Assembly: GCA_043718225.1 (NCBI GenBank)
Contig: JAYSWD010000100.1
Coordinates: 1-44,726, forward strand
From: Candidatus Omnitrophota bacterium
GTDB lineage: Bacteria > Omnitrophota > Omnitrophia > Omnitrophales > Aquincolibacteriaceae
DNA length: 44,726 nt
Direction of reading: 5' to 3'
Within the stretch, counting starts at the first letter, position 1; every line of letters begins with the position of its first letter. The translations under genes and the position numbers were made by a program. Under the pieces are notes generated by a model. It was given only the letters and a program-made list of their open reading frames with translations. It did no database searches and was not told the origin of the DNA. Positions 37,901-43,009 of the stretch are shown here, in pieces.

Positions 37901-40900
37901 TACTTCGTCTCAAGTTTCATCGCCCGGAAATTTGCCCAACATCGTTCCGCAAAAAATTTGCGCAAAGCCGAACGTTTAGACGTCGCCAATGAAAAATGGC
38001 CGCACAATTTTAACAAAACACAACGCTCTGAATTACGCGAAGCGCAGCTCCGGCCCATTTTGGAAGGAAGCACGGATGCTTTAACCTGGTTTCAGGCATT
38101 CAGTGAATTTGAGCCCGCACAACCAAGCGACAAAGTGATTGTCACGATTCAGATTGCGCGCGGCATTCGAATGCAAGTCCCGATCTGGCGCGCAGCGCTC
38201 ACCGACCCTGAACTTCAAGAATCCGCTTACCGCTATCTTTCGACCTGGACTTATAATCTTTCCGCGCGATACGGGACTTCGTTTGCTGCGATCGGGACAG
38301 AAGGTACGGCAGAGTTGATTGATGTTGCAAGAATTGAGCATTTGTTAACTCGAGAGAATTTAGCCGCAGTTCATCAAAGCTACGAAGCATCCGGCGGTGT
38401 TAGTTCCTTTGGCATTAGTAATTATGCAAACGGAGGCGAGTCCGTTGAATTTAAAAAACTTTCGGAATTAACAGACGCAGAAAAAGAAGAAAAACCGCTG
38501 AGTTTAAATATCAAATTACGTACGGATGCGCCCGGATCTTATCTAGGCGTTGATATTGGCGGCGGTTCTGCGAAATTTGCTGTAATTCGAAACGGAAAAA
38601 TTTTAGATATTCCCGAAGAATTTCAAAGTCTTCCAACCGTTCTTTTAAATACCGCTAACGTAGAAGTTCAAGAAACGCCCCAACAATATTCCGAACGAAT
38701 CGCAGGGCATATTGAAAAAATTGGGAAAGCGCTTGGTATCAGATTCGACGGTATTGGAATCGATACTCCCGGAGCCAAACATTTGACTGAAAATAAGATG
38801 GTGACACTAGGGCAGCTTCCCGTTGTTAAGAAATGGGACATGGGCGCGGTTAAAGAGTTTGGCCGCTTACTTCCTCTTACTGTTGCGCAGAAACAAGGGC
38901 TGGATTCTGAAAAAGTGATGATTCGCAACGATATGGACGGCGTGCTTCCGGGCGTAGCCTCGGTGCTGCCGCAAATTGTGCCTGAATTTTGGAAAAGAAC
39001 CGGCGGTAATTTCCGTTTCGATTGGATGGGGACGGGGCATGGCAATCAGGACGCGATCGGCGGCCTTCCCATGAATGCGCCAACAGAGGCCGGTCATTTT
39101 GTGCATGATTTTGCACGCCCCGGCGCAAAAGTTTTTGACACCGAAGCTTCTACGAGCATTCCCGGAATGATACTCGATGCAATCACGCAGGTGAGTGGCA
39201 GCAGGAGTCGCTGGGATGAATTACTGCAAGGAAAATTTAAACCATTGGCCGAGGAGATTGCTAAACGTCCAGTTGATGCAAATTATGAAAGAGGAATGAT
39301 TGCTGCGAGGACTTTACGCCGCTTTGCTAACGAGTATGCCGCAAATTTAGCAATCCATTACTGGATGACTCAATCCACGGGGAAGGGCAGTCCGGATGAA
39401 ATTGTTTTTGGCGGCGGAATTGTCCGTAAAGGTAGAGAAGATTATTTTAAAAATTTGATACTTGAAGCGCTTAAAAAATATGATTTGCAGGATAAAATTC
39501 GCATTACGGTCATATCTGATGAGGACCTCAAAAAAGCAAATATGAGCCCGGACAATGCCGGCCCCATCGGAATGGCGATGTTTATTCAAAGCGTTCTCGC
39601 GTCGAACCAAGCCACGACAACGTTAGAGCCCAATCCTATTACTGCAGCCGAATGGGCAGCGGTAAGAAAAGATTTTAAAGTTGATGATGACGCGCGGATA
39701 CCTCTCGCGCTAGCGGGAGTCTCTGAAACGGATGCCCAGAGAATTTACAGTCATCTCTTTCGTTATGATGGGCCGATTCAGCGTGTCATGGCCGCATTAC
39801 ATAAATTGGACCCAAGGCGATTTGACCTTCACCCTATCCTTTTCCTTGTGAATGATGATTTGTCAGACTATGACCCAAATTGGGGGCCAATTGTGCAAAG
39901 AACCCCACTTAAAGTAATTGTCGTTCCTGTCTCGACAGCATTTTTACAGAAAGTGAAAGCTGCACCTGCCGGTACTTTGTCAGAAGCTGAAATGGAGTTG
40001 TATTCCCGCTTTGCGTTTTCACTTACGGTTGCCCGCATGAGCCCCGCTGTGCATATGATTTTAAATACAGAAAACGTCTCGATTTCATTACCGGTGGAAA
40101 TTATTTTGAAAATGGCCTCCTGGGATGCCGCAGCATTGCGCAACTTTGAAGAGGTTCTTGGCTATAAAGTGGATGAGGGACTTGGGCAAAGCAATATTCC
40201 AGCACCCGCTTATTTAGATCCCAATGTTATAGATGCCCTTCGGCAAATGAATCTTGGTGATGGAAGAGCGGATTTCTTAGAGGTAAGCGATGCATTAGCA
40301 GCTTTTGTGAACGCCGAAGAAATTCGAACGGCAATCCGTTCAGGAGCATTGGATCATGCCCGCCAAATATTTTTGGGGCTTAAAGAAACCAAGGGCTGGC
40401 CTATGAATTATCTATTACCGCAGCAAATTGATCCGGCGGGGGTGCTTTATCAAGATGAAATGCATGCTTACCTGGGGATTATGAACCATTTAATTCTCAT
40501 TGAACAGTTTCGTGATGCTTTGCCGGCATTTTACGAAGAACAAATTCGCGCGTTGGAAAACGCGCAGGGCTTTTCTGCCGAAAAAGTCGCGCTTGCACGT
40601 AAGTATTTGGAACAATCGCCGGTATTGCGCGAGATGGCGGTGAAACAGACGGAACTTTCTGTGAGTCATATCACACAAAAATATCTTTTACCGGTGTCTC
40701 GCTTAATCGGGCGTGAAATTTTGCGCGAAAAAATAAGACAACAGCTAAATATGGGCCAGGAAGCGGCAAGTAAACTTGTTTTCACAGGATTGACCGAAGA
40801 ACTTTTCGAACGTGCCGCACAATTAGCGGGTAAACCGACCGCTCAGGATGTTGGAGTAGACCTTTCACATGCGAGCATTAGCGCAAAGCGGAATTCTGGC

Positions 40901-43009
40901 GGCGAGCCAGTTGTCATACCGTTTGCCCAATGGGATGCCACAACTCAGGCTGATTACCGCGAGCTCGCAATCGAAGGTGTTGAATTCGCCAAACGCTCTG
41001 AATTTCGTGTCTCGAACCACCAATCACCAATCACGAACAACGTCAAAGCCCGCTCCGAAATGCGGGAATCAGTCAATTACGAAGAAACTCTCGCGTTGAT
41101 TAGAAGCGCAACGCGAACCAAAGTTGAAAATGTGCCCGATACCAATCTTGAGTTATGGAAGTTTTACGGCGGCGCAAATGGCGATGAGCGTTTAGTTCAA
41201 GTTGAAGTCTTTCCAAAGAAAGGCCGCAGTGTTCAATTTAGCGGAATCAAGGTTTTTGGCCGTGGGGCAGGGGGATATTTGAATGATCCATGGAATGCGG
41301 CCTTGTTTGCTGATTCGCAAGTAGGCGCAAACGGGGAAGTAGCAGGTCTGGTTTCCCAGCATGTCGCCGATCAGCGTAAAGCAAAGTTAATAGCAGCGGC
41401 GCGCAAGAAAATTCAATCCCGTTCCGAAATGCGGGAAGTTGAGGTGGAAGTCAACAAGGTGGCAAGAAATCAAATATTAGCGGCGATTGTTACTGGGCTT
41501 GTTAAGGACGATAAAGGCGGATCTGTTCATCTGACTGTTAATACAGCATCCGTTAAGGCGGAGGAAGAATTAAAAGCGCTTGGCTTTAGTTTTAAACCAG
41601 TTGATGCTTTGCAATGGTTGCGTGAAAGCCTTTCCTCGGTGACAAAAGTTGTTCCCAAGCCCGGACAAATGCAAATTCACGCATTTGTTGGTGAGATCAA
41701 ATTAGTCATACAGTTAACAGAAGAACCTTCTGCGTTCGGCGATGGAGTTCGGCATTCTACTTATTTGCTTCCGATTATTACTCGGGGGCCGCCGGTTCAT
41801 TTTGAGAATCTTTATCCTGCCGAACTTAAAGTTCAAGGTGTTCTTCAAACCGCAGAGGCTCTTCGTGCTTTTTTAACCAACACAGAAGTTGCTGCTTATG
41901 ACGGTAGAATTATTTCCGAAGACGGAGTAGCTGCTGCTCAGCGAGAACAAGAAGTACGCAAGCGGTTAGGAACTAGCGCCACAGCTCTTTTAGAAAAGAT
42001 CCAAGCCATGCAGGCGGTTGTGCAAAGATTGAAACAACTCTTTGAGGGTACTCGGTCCGGCCTTTTAGAATGGACAGAGATTGAACAGCGTACCGCCGGT
42101 TTGAACGGCCAAAAAGATTTACTCGCAGCTGCTGAAGCTTTTCTTTCCAGGGCAAACCGCGTACCCGTGACAGAAAAAATTGAAAGTGTTCGAACTTACG
42201 CCAGCGAGATTCAAGGTTTTCGAACAACACTGAACGCTGCCATTCGCGCGCGCCTTGAAGAGGATCAAAAAGCAGTTGCTGAAAAAATTAACGCGCTTGG
42301 AGTTTCTGCTGTCGACCTTGCGATTCTCGGCGAAGTAAATGTTGATTTGATTACCGCTAAGGTTGCAAAGGATTGGGATTGGGGCAAGCGTTTGCTCGCG
42401 AAAGCTATGACTCTTTCAGCAGCCATTGACGGTCTTTCGCCAAGTTATGATCAATTTTCCACGCGAGCACAAGCGAATAGTTTTCAATACGCAGATTTAG
42501 AAAATAAAATCTTAGCCTTGCGTCAAATGAAAGAGCATTTGGAAAATGGTTTGCTGAACGCGGTGAAAGCCTATACTCCGGTGTCCGCATGGCAGCACAG
42601 TTTGCGTGGGGCCCAAAATTGGGCAAGAACACATCCTCGAAGCACCCGTTTTATTGTTGTGAGCATTGCCGTTTTTATCGGACTTACCGTGTTTTTTATA
42701 ATGACCATTCCTGAGCGCCGGGAAAAAGCCCGAGCTGCCGCGGCTCGCGCACAGGAAGCGGCCGTTTTAAAGCCGATTCGTGATTTTGTGAATGAAACCG
42801 CCGGCAACAAAAGCGAAACCTATTTTTCACAAGAGGTGGAACGCCAGGGTATTAACAATCTGAAATCAGCAGAAATTGCGCGGACGAGCGATCAAGTTGA
42901 TGCTTTTCGCGGAGTTACCTATCAAAATTGGAAAGGATTCGTTTTAAAAGACGGCAGAAACATCAAATTTATGATAATCAATTTTATAAGTTTGGCGGAA
43001 AATATTTAA
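28958..43009 (+). CDS. Giant multi-pass membrane/surface protein (4683 aa) with embedded NagB-like and ROK/ASKHA kinase-like domains
   Basis: Single uninterrupted frame of 14,052 nt. Signal peptide 'FLRATAIVTLVTYIPTNFSYA|GV'. TM clusters near aa 705-790, 2625-2665, 2895-2960 and 4595-4620. Ala/Pro-rich linkers at 35330-35520 and 35860-35940. The RSE(M/F)R motif recurs. The start could be TTG 28958 or ATG 28970. Confidence 0.8.
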   Translation: MKDFMFQKCFGKFLRATAIVTLVTYIPTNFSYAGVTGAAPEISLPAAWQLSQSLALGLPAELGRIESLSPGRKGIIFHLQTAHGHYEAQVKIQKILEQFAGQYGSYPVLLEGAAGRLNAERINFFPKNPERTKAAAHLLAKKALVKGPELYLLDHPSALVQGIENEAAYWDNHHQFTSVLRAREATQTFSEEFDREMEKTAAIFAPALRGFLKRAEQHELGIVSYESWIEELRNAAQKHLKVDLTDAAWQLPWPMLVRFFKIQKISKAWDSQKYEKEKPLFIRDVEKYLTNHKVRITNHELFDRIKQLLDSAGKNVQLPEPETENAFAEMLRYLPRDFDFKTYPNVTRFMGLLILQSELRPAALVSEMQRIEQLVMNQLARDESEKEIGTVFSDYRLLKKTLALQLTPDDFRKIIERTATSVQRAAKMQPSQITERLKALNNQRRAQYSVRGTGYAEPSSNSVHEIKVKYLKELDGLFNLAIEFYQGAKKRDELMIQNTENYLQKNPAKFAVLVTGGFHTDAMRKQFEKEGYAYAVVTPAISGPDEEGYKAYLKNMLQSSTAYSVQRTAQTTSGSVLGANATGTDPHALFNRNQNLESAYGTDILGEATRRSEFRMLVQAARDGNLSLPHRSENRASAEPAEEELPAPRTSAELAQRTTWPTSRISKAAYSAKIEKRRGRSEARDKRPDPAGELVTQDEKRRRAFSNQATNRLNSKTALLVVVFATAFLIFGPLWLYLDSVTTKMAAVDAQKKQYFLDGGPDALGEFKPVVPHTFWDTLVEIWQWVLVAGQYVLAAGIAVVVLKIVSSLYFSFRAMRDARVGYVMLPDSDNLEAAFDRLLWYRDEKHFQVSIRLNGDGEHVLDSQAVSERFFAAIKRALISDYGAGRKNPISASYLFDNAAKKVTLHLKTRRQNPKDRGEFEATNLIEGTFLFTPPWHRRSWITKNLNRLADQMSAAHDEKQTRVIRGMPRSATKQNDMVLVFRPDTKALSNVAMYMRVLLAIWRHGYAVVESRAYSAADLRYGIINQPSILAQLSPAMEALSAGKITGNKDGGEALFFTPEQRSLFQREALPFMAEKGTDEENLIGAGALLQKSGLKLRDLKALYQKAPQDIFGEGDERFEISILTLPDAEHIQPQFRNRTLAVLNVFYEIEKARFIESSDSTVVLRLRPLRKFPLPVSERQVALLRHFGFQNTTQMSVDSWSWRAQEDDPLLGLGPYYSFDSQRPFIEIMLAEEVAVALRAWFTPQITSLRSEMRVELQGSEPTFKAGSLPPGYKLLKFDFTEEDREKVSELFSGMKQNLLAHPGHNAQRRFTNHIVKKVFGLAVAPKPGVARHAVYFVITDKNQIAAVYLPASQQEGLVKEIAAGHIFLPKRTTEFGPVKKHLERQGIDKKDISSSAESSAAYLESQNQSSFVFASPARSEMREFKHDNLNWKIAADEEVLSKAAVDAIAKVLLAKPKAVFLLPAGKTSVRMYEILAERANEEEIDLTPATIFMLTEYRAGKTARAFIDEHMNSPIARLKRPSAIYVLDGTTREPQKEAEQYERMIAEAGGVDLAVLEIGNQGEIGFNEVGASFDSPAREVTLSDTLRAEHQVSSMKGFTVGMRVILDSRKKILLISGASKAKIAGKLFGQKPDLSLPASVLKQRGNTDVLITEDAEMNMGLPEKMQGAPGFEVYQERVHAVLAQVVDRWIESDNSYKAYLKILIELVKKNLRVAPFYTFSEIASAPVFKEAKNIHLLPEILGNAEVGMREINVFKTAPALPPSDEDLADALRVKRDTELLAATTISRAELEKVNTSQEPLGISFSGREQKIHAVWWGLTEIQRSDFSNYYGIGTPETPLAPAASQMDIAKARGNVTSANVGASIRVAIRKLRAFDEQPAVDGAPEELGLALTDLIAEILAAMPAGTELDAQLLARLKKAGPKDDRTWLEVILFSRQKALLKMYADKPFAADEKVSLKDLVDAARGSDSVGKSVLKKSILKFVAEKGIAWDLLFLNDPNFVEKAAGPSAGKGLRGISTNLKWTLAKFLEHADTDRASLEEAIKSKTGIFAKPHVRMYFGLRFLGKTERENKEVIDYLARRYKGQYKIDDEWAHDSIKLAKTQFHGIKELPKAETAAKEVPAPAAAELQADPNPAAPPMEITPIAAPDGILPVEGAAAEHDEPAAAPLTTDAPAGNDSEPIAAIAAPPESYSVLREMMQRSKLASPHLDEILALRRKNWIRKILELDLVGYEARLADSAQKAQATREIRGIIVEAKIERLIESPHGAAEEQAREVVIKLKEMIHWEDHAGDIVKIVAPEPKPRAPQPAAAPSPLAAAPAEPELPPVDSATTKDFQSDLRKWLNLADHNSLARLLQDAFLNPADEVKVSKWVRDNPDAEIKLRYLEKHSASPRQQRELFAKAQAIYKRSDYPLLDQLNALKSELDALIVDAKRTGADLNPLLNWMGTKGAGFKHNADYLAGKGFPVREHLEAHANAEDLFVGRSEMREILIEAVSLDPIVLDDGREIQMFAIDPNDDLNWNAIREEGGLSDVIDELIPEDFPSPSLLFTEIQFRLGILDGRLVLIDDVDGHEHRGSTTHRGMALGLNGEKAQIEAATRGAQLTIIDLPAIELPVRIGTPAAAGGYTPITFEVSKARSEFRFAPMATFSVLAKKIRGIDPFYAVLLGLVGVIFWLNDHNWGGAGVIVALLLLIARKAGDRKLPDQTKELLANIFWEINARNIKTIVFYVNGNKRAHQIEVDRDFEPILRKSIREVLALATNNGNNGIAWDFPAPDVRDSTILTVNVSTSRSEMRTADEKVQDFITTLRMKRAAVDFTNNDIRIALNPSEVAIDESRIPTFTGRSKEIFDIFSFIAYRLGLTVDLVSLGEPKTEEQWLVLTSQPSDTAFLEKLKTTVETRYPNLLYKNQLAASDQDFYAPTKKRPFLVALMTLFVSIGGMILNLPALSNWMKSRGWTSANDLVSSMPLIFIFVASAVVAGATYFVSSFIARKFAQHRSAKNLRKAERLDVANEKWPHNFNKTQRSELREAQLRPILEGSTDALTWFQAFSEFEPAQPSDKVIVTIQIARGIRMQVPIWRAALTDPELQESAYRYLSTWTYNLSARYGTSFAAIGTEGTAELIDVARIEHLLTRENLAAVHQSYEASGGVSSFGISNYANGGESVEFKKLSELTDAEKEEKPLSLNIKLRTDAPGSYLGVDIGGGSAKFAVIRNGKILDIPEEFQSLPTVLLNTANVEVQETPQQYSERIAGHIEKIGKALGIRFDGIGIDTPGAKHLTENKMVTLGQLPVVKKWDMGAVKEFGRLLPLTVAQKQGLDSEKVMIRNDMDGVLPGVASVLPQIVPEFWKRTGGNFRFDWMGTGHGNQDAIGGLPMNAPTEAGHFVHDFARPGAKVFDTEASTSIPGMILDAITQVSGSRSRWDELLQGKFKPLAEEIAKRPVDANYERGMIAARTLRRFANEYAANLAIHYWMTQSTGKGSPDEIVFGGGIVRKGREDYFKNLILEALKKYDLQDKIRITVISDEDLKKANMSPDNAGPIGMAMFIQSVLASNQATTTLEPNPITAAEWAAVRKDFKVDDDARIPLALAGVSETDAQRIYSHLFRYDGPIQRVMAALHKLDPRRFDLHPILFLVNDDLSDYDPNWGPIVQRTPLKVIVVPVSTAFLQKVKAAPAGTLSEAEMELYSRFAFSLTVARMSPAVHMILNTENVSISLPVEIILKMASWDAAALRNFEEVLGYKVDEGLGQSNIPAPAYLDPNVIDALRQMNLGDGRADFLEVSDALAAFVNAEEIRTAIRSGALDHARQIFLGLKETKGWPMNYLLPQQIDPAGVLYQDEMHAYLGIMNHLILIEQFRDALPAFYEEQIRALENAQGFSAEKVALARKYLEQSPVLREMAVKQTELSVSHITQKYLLPVSRLIGREILREKIRQQLNMGQEAASKLVFTGLTEELFERAAQLAGKPTAQDVGVDLSHASISAKRNSGGEPVVIPFAQWDATTQADYRELAIEGVEFAKRSEFRVSNHQSPITNNVKARSEMRESVNYEETLALIRSATRTKVENVPDTNLELWKFYGGANGDERLVQVEVFPKKGRSVQFSGIKVFGRGAGGYLNDPWNAALFADSQVGANGEVAGLVSQHVADQRKAKLIAAARKKIQSRSEMREVEVEVNKVARNQILAAIVTGLVKDDKGGSVHLTVNTASVKAEEELKALGFSFKPVDALQWLRESLSSVTKVVPKPGQMQIHAFVGEIKLVIQLTEEPSAFGDGVRHSTYLLPIITRGPPVHFENLYPAELKVQGVLQTAEALRAFLTNTEVAAYDGRIISEDGVAAAQREQEVRKRLGTSATALLEKIQAMQAVVQRLKQLFEGTRSGLLEWTEIEQRTAGLNGQKDLLAAAEAFLSRANRVPVTEKIESVRTYASEIQGFRTTLNAAIRARLEEDQKAVAEKINALGVSAVDLAILGEVNVDLITAKVAKDWDWGKRLLAKAMTLSAAIDGLSPSYDQFSTRAQANSFQYADLENKILALRQMKEHLENGLLNAVKAYTPVSAWQHSLRGAQNWARTHPRSTRFIVVSIAVFIGLTVFFIMTIPERREKARAAAARAQEAAVLKPIRDFVNETAGNKSETYFSQEVERQGINNLKSAEIARTSDQVDAFRGVTYQNWKGFVLKDGRNIKFMIINFISLAENI
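29825..30666 (+). repeat. Cluster of four in-frame tandem-heptamer runs in the 5' part of the giant gene
   Basis: 29825-29859: ACGAATC ACAAAGT CCGAATC ACGAATC ACGAATT. 30205-30239: GCGTACA GCGACCA GCGTACA GCGTGCA GCGAAAA. 30303-30324: CGGTACG GGGTACG GGGTACG. 30634-30666: CAGCGTA CAGCGTA CAACGTA. They encode 'TNHKVRITNHE', 'ERTATSVQRAAK', 'YSVRGTGYA' and 'STAYSVQRTAQ'. Confidence 0.6.
33250..33940 (+). other. NagB/glucosamine-6-phosphate deaminase-like domain inside the giant ORF
   Basis: 'AVDAIAKVLLAKPKAVFLLPAGKTSVRMYE...ATIFMLTEYRAG...GGVDLAVLEIGNQGEIGFNEVGASFDSPAREVTLSDTLRAEHQ...GFTVGMRVILDSRKKILLISGASKAKIAGKLFG' follows the NagB order (LGLATGSTP / FNLDEY / [24 protein letters not shown] / SG.GKA). 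Here GEDGH reads GNQGE. Confidence 0.55.
38535..39480 (+). other. ROK/ASKHA sugar-kinase-like domain inside the giant ORF
   Basis: 'SYLGVDIGGGSAKFAVIRNGKIL' is a phosphate-1 motif. 'IRFDGIGIDTPGA' is a phosphate-2 / GIGxPG motif. 'IRNDMDGVLPGV', 'GTGHGNQDAIGG' and 'DEIVFGGGIVRKG' are adenosine-motif-like. No Zn-binding cysteines are present. Confidence 0.5.
41013..41046 (+). repeat. In-frame tandem heptamer run (TCGAACC ACCAATC ACCAATC ACGAACA) in the giant gene
   Basis: Read directly. It encodes 'SNHQSPITNNV' and lies between two RSE(F/M)R motifs at 40988 and 41051. Confidence 0.55.

Noticed and set aside
29141-42810. About 35 short ORFs on both strands inside the giant gene (e.g. 29151..29618+, 33121..33513-, 34456..35443-, 38668..39128-)
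   Set aside because: All are nested in the long uninterrupted frame-2 ORF. The Ala-rich minus-strand frames (35275..35469) are reverse complements of the Ala/Pro linker codons.
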